Shown here: positions 30,613-42,380 of the stretch, piece after piece
Layout: each line of letters starts with the position of its first letter
Numbering within the stretch: the first letter of the stretch is position 1
Source of the DNA: an uncultured Actinomycetes bacterium
GTDB lineage: Bacteria > Chloroflexota > Dormibacteria > Aeolococcales > Aeolococcaceae
Length of the DNA stretch: 64,000 nucleotides
Assembly: GCA_964499205.1 (NCBI GenBank)
Contig: CAZCJX010000004.1
Span: 653-64,652 of the forward strand
Direction of reading: 5' to 3'
Translations under genes and position numbers: made by a program
The notes under the pieces: generated by a model
The model's database searches: none
What the model was told of the DNA's origin: nothing
The model's input: the letters and a program-made list of their open reading frames with translations, nothing else

Positions 30613-31086
30613 GTGCCCCAGCTCACACCTGTGTCAGATGTCATGACCCGTGACGTCCGCACCGTCCGGGTCGAGGACCCGGTGGAGGCGGCCGTCGACA
30701 TCGTGGTGGAGATGCGGGTCACCGGCGTGCCGGTGGTGGACGACGGCGACCGCTGCGTCGGGGTGGTCACCGAGTCGGACATCCTCGGCAAGCGCGGCAC
30801 CACCTGCGGCGACATCATGACCGCCGACGCCGTCACCGTCGAGGAGACGGTGCCGCTGGCCGAGGCCGCCGAGATCATGCTCACCCGCCGCATCCGCCGC
30901 CTGCCCGTGGTGCGCAGCGACGGCACGCTGGTCGGCCTGGTCACCCGCATGGACCTGGTGCGCTATTTCGGACAGACCCGCTGGACCTGCGAGTGGTGCG
31001 GTCACAGCGAGCGTGGACTGCGGCCGCCCAACGCCTGCCCCTCCTGCGGCGGCGAGAGCTGGCGGTTCAGCGTGGAGGCGAGATGA
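30613..31086 (+). CDS. CBS-domain pair protein with C-terminal zinc ribbon.
   Basis: Two CBS repeats (DVMTRDVRTV..., IMTADAVTV...) and C-terminal CEWCGH...CPSCGG. Confidence 0.85.
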   Translation: MPQLTPVSDVMTRDVRTVRVEDPVEAAVDIVVEMRVTGVPVVDDGDRCVGVVTESDILGKRGTTCGDIMTADAVTVEETVPLAEAAEIMLTRRIRRLPVVRSDGTLVGLVTRMDLVRYFGQTRWTCEWCGHSERGLRPPNACPSCGGESWRFSVEAR

Positions 31087-32219
31087 CCGTCGTGGCTGCC
31101 AAGGGTGGGTTGGAGGGGGTGGTCGCCGGCGCCAGCGCGCTGTGCGACATCGACGGGCGCACCGGGCGGTTGCTCTACTGCGGGTACGACATCGTCGACC
31201 TCGCCGCCCACTCGTCGTTCGAGGAGACGGCCTTCCTGCTGTGGCACGGCGAATTGCCCGGCGCCGCGGAGCTCGAGGCGCTGCGCCGCGAGCTGCGCGC
31301 CGAGATGGAGCCGCACCCGACGGTGTGGGACGTCGCGCGCGCGGCGGGTCCTGAGGCCAATCCCATGGCGGTGCTGCGCACCCAGGTCTCCCTGCTCGGC
31401 GCGCTCGACGCCGACGCCGGCGACAACTCCGAGGCGGCCAACCGCCGCAAGGCGGCGCGACTGGTGGCCCAGACCGGCACGCTGGTGGCCGGCACCGAGC
31501 GGATCCAGCAGGGCCTCGATCCCGTCGCGCCCCGGCCGGACCTCGACCTCGCCGCCAACTTCCTGCACATGCTGCGCGGCCGTCCCGCCGGCGACGAGGA
31601 GGTGCGCACCTTCGACGTCGCCCTGGTACTTCATGCCGAACATGGCATGAACGCGTCGACCTTCGCGGCGCGCGTCACCGCGGCGACGCTGTCGGACATG
31701 CACTCGGCGATCACCAGCGCCATCGGTGCCTTGAAGGGCCCGCTGCACGGCGGTGCCAACGAGCGCGTCATGGAGCTGCTCCGCGAGCTGCCCTCGGTCG
31801 AGGCGACCCCGAGCGCGGTGCACGAGATGCTGGAGCAGAAGCGGCGGATCATGGGCTTCGGCCACCGGGTGTACCGCACCGAGGACCCGCGCGCCACCAT
31901 CCTGCGCGAGTTCTCCCGCCGCGTCGGGGAGCGCGCCGGCGACACCCGCTGGTACGAGCTGACCCGCGCCGTCGAGCAGGCGGTGCTGGCGGAGAAGGGC
32001 CTGTATCCCAACGTCGACCTCTACTCCGCGTCGACGTACACCTCGCTGGGCATCCCGCAGCGCATCTTCACGCCGATCTTCGCGGTCAGCCGCATGGCGG
32101 GCTGGACGGCCAACGTCATCGAGCAGCACCGCGACAACCGGCTGATCCGGCCCGACTCCGACTACATCGGCCCGGCCCCGCGCGACTACGTGGCGGTGGA
32201 GATGCGCTCCGGGGCATAG
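31083..32219 (+). CDS. Citrate synthase, short form (citrate / 2-methylcitrate synthase family).
   Basis: GFGHRVY (catalytic His), HAEHGMNASTF, LKGPLHGGAN. ATG overlaps the CBS gene stop (ATGA). Confidence 0.9.
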   Translation: MTVVAAKGGLEGVVAGASALCDIDGRTGRLLYCGYDIVDLAAHSSFEETAFLLWHGELPGAAELEALRRELRAEMEPHPTVWDVARAAGPEANPMAVLRTQVSLLGALDADAGDNSEAANRRKAARLVAQTGTLVAGTERIQQGLDPVAPRPDLDLAANFLHMLRGRPAGDEEVRTFDVALVLHAEHGMNASTFAARVTAATLSDMHSAITSAIGALKGPLHGGANERVMELLRELPSVEATPSAVHEMLEQKRRIMGFGHRVYRTEDPRATILREFSRRVGERAGDTRWYELTRAVEQAVLAEKGLYPNVDLYSASTYTSLGIPQRIFTPIFAVSRMAGWTANVIEQHRDNRLIRPDSDYIGPAPRDYVAVEMRSGA

Positions 32220-32857
32220 AGCGCGGCGACCCAGGTGAAGGGCTGGGCCACGCCCGCCGGGGTGTGGTGCACCTCGCGGCGCACGGCGACAACCTCGAAG
32301 CCGTCGCCGAGCAGCGCCATGATGCCGTCGGCGTCGTAGTGCTGCACCGGCAGGCCGGAGCAGTGGTCGGGCGCGCCGGGAGCGAAGGCGCCGATGATGG
32401 CGTGGCCCCCGGGGTACAGCGCGGCGCGCAGGGTCTGCAGGTAGCGCTCGCGGTCCTCGCGGTCGACGAGGAAGTGCAGCATGGCGCGGTCGTGCCACAG
32501 GTCGTAGTGGCGTTCCGGCTTCCAGCTGAGCACGTCAGCGAGCGCCCAGCGCGCTGCGCGCTCGCCGGCGCGCTGCCGCGCCGCCGCCAGCGCAGTCGCC
32601 GAGATGTCGAGCACGGTGATGTCGCTGTAGCCGCGCTCGCACAGCGCGTCGACCAGCGTGGAGCCGCCACCACCGATGTCGAGGATGGCGGCGTCGTGCG
32701 GCAGGTCGATGAAGGCGATGAGCTGCAGCGAGACCACCGGCGAGGCCTGGTGCCAGCTGAGGTCGGCGACGCCCCGGGCGCGGGCGTACACGGCGTCCCA
32801 GTGGCGCCGCTGGTCGTCGGCGTCGCCGGCGTCGTCGGCGGTGGGAGGAAGTGCCAT
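32186..32857 (-). CDS. Class I SAM-dependent methyltransferase.
   Basis: AILDIGGGGSTLVDAL (motif I), DITVLDIS and an acidic motif II. Only the C-terminal 223 aa of the track ORF are genuine. Confidence 0.8.
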   Translation of the reverse strand: MALPPTADDAGDADDQRRHWDAVYARARGVADLSWHQASPVVSLQLIAFIDLPHDAAILDIGGGGSTLVDALCERGYSDITVLDISATALAAARQRAGERAARWALADVLSWKPERHYDLWHDRAMLHFLVDREDRERYLQTLRAALYPGGHAIIGAFAPGAPDHCSGLPVQHYDADGIMALLGDGFEVVAVRREVHHTPAGVAQPFTWVAALYAPERISTAT

Positions 32858-32910
32858 GGCTGCTGTCCACCTTGCCCCGCGCGGGCGGGCCGCGCAAGGG
32901 CCGTCCGGCC

Positions 32911-33796
32911 TCATCGCAGCAGGCGGAGCAGCCCGCCGACCGCCGCGGCGCCGCCGGCGAGGGTGACCAGGGCGATGCCCAGCCAGCTCCTGCGCAGCGT
33001 CGCGTCGCTGTAGGCCGGGGGCGTCGGGAGGGCGCGCAGGTGGTGCACCCAGAGGCCGTCGGAGGTGCCGGCGTAGATGGCGGCAGTGCGGGGATCGGTG
33101 GCCACGGCCAGGACGTGGTCGGGCAACCCGGGGCCGGCGCGGATCCAGTCGTTGCCGCCGTCGAGGCTCTCCAGCACCGAGTAGCCGTCGGTGCCCATGT
33201 AGACGGTGTTGCTGAGGGGCTGGGTGTCGAACGCGGCCAGCGCGGTGATGCGCGGCGGGCCGGCGGTGAGGCCCTGGGGAAGCAGCAGCAGGGCGCGGGC
33301 CCAGTGGCCGTCGGCGCCGCGGCGCCAGGCGACGTTGTCGCGGTCTGCGGCGACCACCACGCCGGGCAGGGAGGCGGGGGCGGCGAGCAGGGTGTAGCCG
33401 GACTCGGGGCCGCCGGTGGGCGTCATCGGCGGGCTGCCGGGGTCGGCGTGCCAGGTGCCGGTGGAGTCGTAGCGGCCGATGCGGCCGCCGATCTCCCGCC
33501 ACGGCGATCGCGGCACGCCGGCGAAGGGTGAGGCGCTGCCGGCGCCGGCGACGTGCCAGGTGCGGCCGCCGTCGTTGGACAGCTGCTGCACGCCCGCCAC
33601 GGTGGCCTCGATCGTGCCACCACTGGCACGAACTCCGGCGACGGGCGCTCCGGCGAAGGCGACGCGCACCCACCACGGTTGTGGGGACGGCGTGGGCGCC
33701 GGCGCCGGCGTTGCCGTTGCCGCCCTGCCCGGCAGCGGTGCCGCGAGGAACGCCAGCGCGGCGAGCGCCGCCGCGGCGCAGAGCCGGCGCACGCGG

Positions 33797-33807
<11 letters not shown>
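32911..33807 (-). CDS. Secreted BNR/Ycf48-like beta-propeller protein with C-terminal membrane anchor.
   Basis: Signal peptide (MATDRVRRLCAAAALAALAFLAAPLPG). Repeated SxDGGxTW-type BNR motifs (SNDGGRTWH, SLDGGNDW). C-terminal TM helix. Starts 7 nt after the CPBP gene stop. Confidence 0.6.
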
Positions 33808-36045
<2,238 letters not shown>

Positions 36046-36079
36046 GCTCGCGTCGGTACAGCGCGCGTAGCGTGGGGGC

Positions 36080-36487
36080 ATGTCCCAGCCGAAGACCCGC
36101 CTTCGCGACAAGGTCCGCACCCTCGCCGCCGGCCCCAACTTCGCAGCCGTCACCACGCTGCTGCCCTCGGGGCGGTTCCAGACCCAGCCGATGTGGGTCA
36201 CCAGCGACGACGAGTTCGTCTACATCAACACGGAGGTGCACCGCACCAAGTTCAAGAACGTCCAGCGCGATCCGCGCATGACGGTGATGATCTGGAGCCA
36301 CGAGAACCCCTACCAGTACGCCGAGGTGCGCGGCCGCGTGGTCGAGACCACTCTCGGCGAGCCGGCGCGCCGGATGATCGACGAGCTCTCCCAGAAGTAC
36401 AACGGCCGTCCCTACCCGCCCGAGGCGATCCACAGCGAGCGCGTGATCCTCAAGGTCGCCGCCGAGACCCAGCACACCTCGGGCTGA
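36080..36487 (+). CDS. PPOX-class (pyridoxamine-5'-phosphate-oxidase-fold) probable F420-dependent enzyme.
   Basis: 135 aa. The AAVTTLLPSGRFQTQPMWV...MTVMIW pattern is typical of the actinobacterial Rv1155-like family. Confidence 0.85.
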   Translation: MSQPKTRLRDKVRTLAAGPNFAAVTTLLPSGRFQTQPMWVTSDDEFVYINTEVHRTKFKNVQRDPRMTVMIWSHENPYQYAEVRGRVVETTLGEPARRMIDELSQKYNGRPYPPEAIHSERVILKVAAETQHTSG

Positions 36488-36536
36488 GGCCTCAGCGCGG
36501 CGCGGTCGAATGCCGCGGGCCCCCGACGCGCGGCCG

Positions 36537-36556
36537 TTATGAGATTATTCTCATAA
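36537..36556. promoter_or_regulatory. AT-rich 8-bp inverted repeat TTATGAGA-TTAT-TCTCATAA immediately upstream of the fic start.
   Basis: Perfect arms, seen directly. It is a sharp AT island in a GC-rich genome and ends 1 nt before the GTG at 36558. Confidence 0.4.
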
Positions 36557-36557
36557 C

Positions 36558-37685
36558 GTGCTCGACCGCCTGCACATGGCCCCCAGCCCCCTCCCGCGCC
36601 ACCTCGCAGAACGGGTCGCCGAGACCCACACCTGGCTCGACGAGGTGGCGGCAGAGGAGCGTGCGCTGGCACCCTGGACCGGCACGTTGAGGCGAGTCAT
36701 GGGTGCCCGCGTGGTGGGTGCTTCGACCGCCATCGAGGGGTTCTCAGCAACTCATCAGGACACGGTGCGGCTCATCGAGGGGCAGAGGTCTGCGGCGGCA
36801 CCGCCGGAAACCGAGGAGGCGATTCGGGATTACCGCCGAGCCATGGATCGCGTCGCCGGGCTTGCGGTCGACACCGAGTTCGAATGGCGTCCGTCGGTGG
36901 TCCGCGATCTCCATTTCCTGGTGACCGCGGGAAGTCGGCGCAGCCAGCCCGGGAGATGGCGCGATGAGGAGGTCCACGTGCGCCGCGGTGCGGACGCTAT
37001 TCCATACCAGGCACCGCCGGCTGACGACGTGCCCCGCCTCATGCGCAGTGCTGCCGAGTACCAGTCATGCAGCGACGACGACGCACTGATCCGCGCCGCC
37101 ATGGTGCAACTGCACGTGGCCGCGGTGCACCCGTTCCTCGACGGCAACGGCCGCACGGCTCGGGTGCTGCAGTCGCTGGTGCTGGCACGGGCTCGGCTGC
37201 TGCCCCTCGACGTCTGCTCCATCGAGACGTACCTCGCCGCCAACACCGATCAGTACTACGCGGCGCTGCGCACCACCAACGGCGTGCATCGGCTCGGTGG
37301 CGCCGAGTACTACGATCCAACGCGGAGCGCCGTTCCCTGGCTCGAGTTCTGCCTCGAGGCGCACATCGAAAGCAGCAAGGCACTCGCCGAGGAGATGCGG
37401 ACGGCCCGGAGGCGCACGACATTCTGTCGTGACCTGGCACGTCGCCATGGCCTTCCAGATCGGATCGCGCAGGTGCTCGACCAGGCACTGGTCGAGCTGC
37501 CAATCAGCAACGAAAGCCACCGGCAACGGCAGAACGTTTCCATGCCGATGGCCACCAAGGACCTGGGGTCCCTGGTCGACCTCGGTCTCCTGCGACGGCT
37601 CGGCGCCGGCAGGTCGACGCGCTACGAGGCCTCGCCACGGCTCAGAGCGATGTGGCGAAGAGCCGAGCGGGCTCGTCCCGACTAG
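36558..37685 (+). CDS. Fic/Doc-family protein (probable AMPylase) with C-terminal winged-helix region.
   Basis: Canonical Fic motif HPFLDGNGRTARV. GTG start. An alternative ATG lies at 36576. About 370 aa. Confidence 0.85.
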   Translation: MLDRLHMAPSPLPRHLAERVAETHTWLDEVAAEERALAPWTGTLRRVMGARVVGASTAIEGFSATHQDTVRLIEGQRSAAAPPETEEAIRDYRRAMDRVAGLAVDTEFEWRPSVVRDLHFLVTAGSRRSQPGRWRDEEVHVRRGADAIPYQAPPADDVPRLMRSAAEYQSCSDDDALIRAAMVQLHVAAVHPFLDGNGRTARVLQSLVLARARLLPLDVCSIETYLAANTDQYYAALRTTNGVHRLGGAEYYDPTRSAVPWLEFCLEAHIESSKALAEEMRTARRRTTFCRDLARRHGLPDRIAQVLDQALVELPISNESHRQRQNVSMPMATKDLGSLVDLGLLRRLGAGRSTRYEASPRLRAMWRRAERARPD

Positions 37686-38149
37686 ACCGCCGAGGCGCGC
37701 AGGGCTTCGAGCACCTCGTCGGCGTGGCCGGCGGGCTTGACGTTCTCCCACACGCGCTCGATGGCCCCGTTGGGACCGATGAGGAAGGTGGTGCGGAGGA
37801 TGCCCATGTACTTGTGCCCGTTGTACTCGCGCTCGCCCCAGACGCCGTAGGCCTCCAACGCCACGTGCTCGGGATCGGCGACCAGGGTGAAGGGGATGCC
37901 GAGCTTCTCGACCCAGGCGTCGTGCGACGCGACGTCGTCGCCGCTCACGCCGACGACGACGGCGTCGAGGTCCTCGATGGTCTTGGCTTCGTCACGGAAG
38001 CCCTGTGCTTCGATCGTTCAACCAGGGGTGTCGTCTTTGGGATAGAACCAGAGCACCACCCGCCGGCCGCGCAGGTCGGAGAGCTTCAGGGTGCCGCCGC
38101 CGTTGGTGGGCAGCTCGAAGTCGGGGGCGAGGTCGCCGGCGCGCGGCAT
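37682..38149 (-). CDS. bcp: Peroxiredoxin Bcp/PrxQ with an in-frame TGA at the peroxidatic-cysteine codon. Candidate selenoprotein, or a pseudogene.
   Basis: Two track ORFs ([14 protein letters not shown]...[10 protein letters not shown], and [12 protein letters not shown]...) are in the same frame. They are separated only by the TGA at 38018-38020. The read-through gives [20 protein letters not shown], matching the Bcp PxDxTPGCT motif with Sec at the Cp position. Confidence 0.6.
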
Positions 38150-38160
38150 GGTGGTCGGGC

Positions 38161-40242
38161 TCACGACGCGGCCGCCGCGTGTTCCTTGGAGTGCGCTTCG
38201 ATGAGGGGCTGCGCGATGTGCGCGGGCACCTCCTCGTAATGCGACGTCGCCATGGAGTAGCGCCCGCGCCCCTGGGTGGCGGCGCGGAGGTCGATGGGGA
38301 AGGTGTACATCTCGGCGAGAGGCACTTGTGCGGTCACCTCGGTGCGGCCGTCGCCGATGGGGTTCATGCCCCCGACGCGGCCGCGCTTGGCGTTCAGGAT
38401 ACCGATCACATCGCCCATCAGTCGTTCGGGGACGACGACGTGCACGTCCATGATGGGTTCGAGCAGCACCGGGTGGGCCTCCTGCACGGCGCGGCGCATG
38501 GCCATCGAGCCGGCGATCTGGAAGGCGATGTCCTTGCCGTCGACGGGATGGGTCGAGCCGTCGACCAGGCGCACCTTGACGTCGACGATGGGATAGCCGG
38601 CGACGGCGCCCTGCTCCATGGTCTGCTTCACGCCCTTCTCCACCGAGGGGCGGAACTGCTGGGGGATGGAGCCGCCGAAGATCTTGTCCTCCCACTCGTA
38701 GCCGCTCCCGCGGGGCAGCGGCTCGATCTCGATGGTGCAGTCGCCGTAGAGCCCGGCGCCGCCCGACTGCTTCTTGTACTTGTTGGCGATCCTGGCGGTG
38801 CCGGTGATGGTCTCGCGGTAGGCGACCTTGGGGACCGACAGGGTGGCGTCGACGCCGTACTTGCGCTTGATCCGCTCCAGCGCGACGTCGAGGTGCACGT
38901 CGCCGAGGCCGTGCAGCACCTGCTCCTTGGTGACCTCGTCGCGCTCCATCGAGAAGGTCGGGTCCTCCTCGGCGTAGCGCTGCAGCGCCGAGTTGATCTT
39001 GTCCTCGTCGCCCTTGGTCCTGGCGTGCACCGCCATGGCGTACAGCGGCGCCGGGTACTCGATGGGCGGCATCTTCACCGGCGCCGACTTGTCGCACAGC
39101 GTGTCGCCGGTCATGGTGACCGCCAGCTTGGTGGCGACGCCGATGTCGCCGGCGACGATCTCGCCCGCTTGGACGATCTGCTTGCCCATCGGCTGGCCGA
39201 GCTGGGCGAGCCGCTCCTCGACGCCGCGATTGGCATTCAAAGGATGCGTGTCGGGCCGCACCGCGCCGCGCAGCACCCGGAAGTAGGTGATCTTGCCGAA
39301 GGGGTCGATGGTCGACTTGAAGACGTGCGCCACCAGCGGCCCCGCGGGATCGCACTCGATCTCGATCTCGCCACCCTTGGCATCAACTGCCTGGTGCACG
39401 CGCTCCTTGGGCGAGGGCAGGTAGCGGTTGATGCAGTCGAGGATGAACGAGGCGCCCTTCTCCTGCAGCGCCGCCGCGGGGACGATGGGCACGAGGCTGC
39501 CGCGCAGCGCCGCGGTGTGCATCGCCGCGTGCACCTCGTCGTCGGTGAGCTCGGTGCCCTCGAGGTACTTCTCCAGCAGCGCGTCGTCGGTCTCGGCAGC
39601 GGCGTCGACCAGGGCGCTGTGCGCCCGCTCGATCTCCTCGCGATGGTCCTCGGGGAACTCACCGTCGACCAGCCTGCCGCCGTCGAACTGGTGGGCCCGG
39701 TCGTTGACCAGGTCGACCAGGCCGCGGAACTGCTCGTGCGACCCGATCGGCACCGCGACGGCGATCGCCTTGCGGCCGAAGGCTTCGCGGATGGCGTCGA
39801 CGGTGGCCTCGTAGGAGACGTTCTCCTTGTCCATCTTGTTGACCACGATCAACGCCGGCAGCCCCGCGGCGGCGATGCGCTCCCAGGCAAGCTCCGCGCC
39901 CACGGGCACCTCGGTGCCCGCCGACCCGGCGCTGACCACCAGGATCGCCGCGTCGGCGGCGGCCAGCGCCTGTGACACCTCGCCGGCGAAGTCCTGGAAC
40001 CCCGGGGTGTCAATGAGGTTGATGCGCACGTCCATCCAATCGCAGTGCGCCACCGCGGCGGAGATGGAGATCGAGCGCTTCTGCTCCTCCGGCTCGTGGT
40101 CGAGGATCGACGTGCCCTGGTCGGTCGAGCCGAGGCGCTGGGTGGCGCCGGCGGTGTGGAGCAGTGCTTCGCACAGCGACGTCTTGCCGTCGTGGCTGTG
40201 GCCGAGGACGGCGACGCAGCGGATGCGGTCTGGCGTGGGCAT
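38161..40242 (-). CDS. Elongation factor G paralogue (EF-G2-like translational GTPase).
   Basis: G1 motif [17 protein letters not shown], and full EF-G domains II-V. 693 aa. Its stop is 11 nt before the bcp start. Confidence 0.9.
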   Translation of the reverse strand: MPTPDRIRCVAVLGHSHDGKTSLCEALLHTAGATQRLGSTDQGTSILDHEPEEQKRSISISAAVAHCDWMDVRINLIDTPGFQDFAGEVSQALAAADAAILVVSAGSAGTEVPVGAELAWERIAAAGLPALIVVNKMDKENVSYEATVDAIREAFGRKAIAVAVPIGSHEQFRGLVDLVNDRAHQFDGGRLVDGEFPEDHREEIERAHSALVDAAAETDDALLEKYLEGTELTDDEVHAAMHTAALRGSLVPIVPAAALQEKGASFILDCINRYLPSPKERVHQAVDAKGGEIEIECDPAGPLVAHVFKSTIDPFGKITYFRVLRGAVRPDTHPLNANRGVEERLAQLGQPMGKQIVQAGEIVAGDIGVATKLAVTMTGDTLCDKSAPVKMPPIEYPAPLYAMAVHARTKGDEDKINSALQRYAEEDPTFSMERDEVTKEQVLHGLGDVHLDVALERIKRKYGVDATLSVPKVAYRETITGTARIANKYKKQSGGAGLYGDCTIEIEPLPRGSGYEWEDKIFGGSIPQQFRPSVEKGVKQTMEQGAVAGYPIVDVKVRLVDGSTHPVDGKDIAFQIAGSMAMRRAVQEAHPVLLEPIMDVHVVVPERLMGDVIGILNAKRGRVGGMNPIGDGRTEVTAQVPLAEMYTFPIDLRAATQGRGRYSMATSHYEEVPAHIAQPLIEAHSKEHAAAAS

Positions 40243-40251
40243 GGGCTCTTC

Positions 40252-40292
40252 TCCGACCAACCAACCAACCAGGGGGCACCAACCAACCGGTG
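40252..40292. repeat. (CCAA)n microsatellite in a divergent promoter region, two blocks separated by AGGGGGC.
   Basis: The sequence reads ctccgACCAACCAACCAACCagggggcACCAACCAACCgg. It lies between the EF-G2 start (minus strand) and the lipoprotein start (plus strand). On the EF-G2 mRNA it reads GGTTGG repeats in the 5' UTR. Confidence 0.5.
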
Positions 40293-40308
40293 CGATCCGG
40301 GTTGCCAA

Positions 40309-40820
40309 TGGTAGCCGCTATGGTTGGGCCGCTTCCCATGCTCCTCCCTCGCCTGCTCGCGGCCGCGCTGGCCGGCGCCATCCTGGTCGCCTGCGGCGGT
40401 GACAGCCCCACCCCGCCCTGCACGCCGCAGCCCTCCCCGTCGCCCCCCGTGGCCACCACCGGACAGCTCACCGCCAGCGCCGACAAGGCGACGGTGCCGA
40501 GCGGCGGCGCGGTGCTCGCCAGCGTTCGCGCCGTCGGCCCGCTCCACTACCAGGCCCCCTGCGACGCACCGCTCGACCTCATCGTCGTCGACCGCACCGA
40601 CATCCACGTCGACTCCGTCTCACCCCCGGCGCCCAAGGGCACGCCGTGCGGCGCGGTGACTCTCGGCGCGGGGCAGAGCGCGGAGTACGACGTGCTGTGG
40701 AACTCCGATCCCACCCTGCCGCCCGGGCCGTACCGGCTGGTGCTGGGGCTGGGGGACCAACCGCAGCTGGTGCTGCAGGTGCAGCTCGGCATCCTGCCGA
40801 CCTCCTGCGCCAACCGCTGA
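40309..40820 (+). CDS. Lipoprotein of unknown function.
   Basis: Lipobox LAGAILVACGG, then a Pro/Ser-rich linker and a ~120-aa domain with four Cys. The start is ambiguous (ATG 40309 or 40339). Confidence 0.6.
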
Positions 40821-40826
40821 AGCGCC

Positions 40827-41666
40827 TCAGCGCCGCTCGGGCTTCTCTGCCACCACCAGCAGTGAGTGCGACAGCCCGGTAGCGCGGTAGCGGGTCCAGC
40901 CGTCGTAGACGGCGCGCACCTGCAGGCCGGCGCGCGCGAACAGCGGGGCGACCTCCTCCAGGGCGGTGAAAGCGCCGGTGGTCTGCTGCACGCGCACCCC
41001 GTCGTCGAGGATGGCGATCTCGCGGAGGACGTAGGTGCGCGCCGAGTCGTCGTAGGTGGCGTCGGTGAGGAGGAGGTGGCGGCGGTCGCTGAGGATGGAG
41101 AAGGGGACGAACTCCCAGGCGCTGAGGCGGCCGGGCGGCTGGTCGGGGCGGACGCGCAGCTCGGCGACGAGGCGGCCGCCGGGGCGCAGGGCTGCGGCGA
41201 GGCGGCGCAGCACCGTGGCCTGCTGGCTGCGGCGGAAGGCTTCGAGGATGAAGTAGATGAGCAGCACGCAGTCGAATTGCTCGCGGTACTCCAGGGTGCG
41301 CAGGTCGGCGCGCCGGAAGGTGGCGTCGACGCGGGCGTCGCGGGCCAGGGTGCGGGCGTGGCGGAGCACCGGGTCGCCGACGTCGACGCCGGTCACCGTG
41401 TACCCGAGTCGGGCGAGGCGCACCGCGTACAACCCCGGCCCGCAGGCGGCGTCGAGCACGGCGGCGGGGGCGGCGGGCATGAGGCGGAGCAGGCGGCGGA
41501 TGTGGCGCTCGACGACGTGCAGCCGGCGCGAGGCGCCGTCGTGGGACTGGTCGAGGTGCTCGCGCAGGACGCGCCGCGACACCTCGGGATCGCTCCAGTC
41601 GAGCTCGAAGCGATGGTCGAAGGGGATGGGCCAGTCCGGCAGCGCGCCGGGCCGCAGCGGTCGCAT
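40827..41666 (-). CDS. Class I SAM-dependent methyltransferase.
   Basis: LDAACGPGLYAVRLARLG (motif I), VTGVDVGD, and CVLLIYFILEAF post-I/II motifs. Start at Met MRPLRPG. The upstream ORF part is not supported. Confidence 0.8.
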   Translation of the reverse strand: MRPLRPGALPDWPIPFDHRFELDWSDPEVSRRVLREHLDQSHDGASRRLHVVERHIRRLLRLMPAAPAAVLDAACGPGLYAVRLARLGYTVTGVDVGDPVLRHARTLARDARVDATFRRADLRTLEYREQFDCVLLIYFILEAFRRSQQATVLRRLAAALRPGGRLVAELRVRPDQPPGRLSAWEFVPFSILSDRRHLLLTDATYDDSARTYVLREIAILDDGVRVQQTTGAFTALEEVAPLFARAGLQVRAVYDGWTRYRATGLSHSLLVVAEKPERR

Positions 41667-41706
41667 GGAACGCGGAGAGTACGCGGTCGAGGACAATGTC
41701 CCGCCG

Positions 41707-42333
41707 ATGGGCAATGCCGTCACGACCTTCGTGCAGAACCACGGCGTCCTCGCCGTCTTCGTGCTGATGCTGGCGGAGAGCTGCGGCATCCCCTTCCCAT
41801 CGGAGGTCACCATGCCGCTGGCGGGATACCTGGCCCAGGCCGGGCACATCTCGCTGACCGGGGCGATCGCCGCCGGCGTGGTCGGCAACTTGGCCGGCTC
41901 GCTGATCGCCTACTGGCTCGCCGCGCAGTTCGGCGAGGCGCTGCTGCTCGGACCGGGCCGCTACGTCGGCATCCGCCGCTCCCACCTCGAGCTCGCCGAG
42001 CGCTGGTTCCAGCGCCACGGGCTGCTCGCCGTGTTCGTGGGCCGGCTGCTCCCCGTGGTGCGCACCTACGTGTCGTTCCCCGCCGGGCTGGCCCGCGTCG
42101 ACCTGCTGCGCTTCTCGGTGCTCACCGTCGCCGGGGTGCTGCCCTGGTGCATCGCGCTGACCGCCGCGGGCTATGCGGTGGGGGCCAGCTACGACCGCAT
42201 CTCCGGGCCGATCGAGAAGGTGGCCATCGTCATCGCCGTGCTGGTGGTGGTGCTGGTGGTGGCCTGGATCGTGCGCGGCCGGCGGACGGCGGCGGCGCGC
42301 GACCGGCGCGCGGCTGACGGCGAATTGTCGTAG
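41707..42333 (+). CDS. DedA-family membrane protein (SNARE-associated / TVP38 domain).
   Basis: VFVLMLAESCGIPFPSEV signature and GRLLPVVRTYVSFPAG motif. 208 aa. Confidence 0.85.
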   Translation: MGNAVTTFVQNHGVLAVFVLMLAESCGIPFPSEVTMPLAGYLAQAGHISLTGAIAAGVVGNLAGSLIAYWLAAQFGEALLLGPGRYVGIRRSHLELAERWFQRHGLLAVFVGRLLPVVRTYVSFPAGLARVDLLRFSVLTVAGVLPWCIALTAAGYAVGASYDRISGPIEKVAIVIAVLVVVLVVAWIVRGRRTAAARDRRAADGELS

Positions 42334-42380
42334 CATTACGACAGGAGCACGCCAACACCAGCCGGAGCGCCGCACACGCC

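Noticed and set aside
38018-38020. Programmed frameshift as the explanation for the split bcp gene.
   Set aside because: Both halves are in the same frame, and a single TGA separates them. That is a nonsense or Sec codon, not a frameshift.
38161-40242. EF-G-like gene as SelB.
   Set aside because: The protein has full EF-G domains IV/V and lacks the C-terminal winged-helix SECIS-binding extension of SelB.
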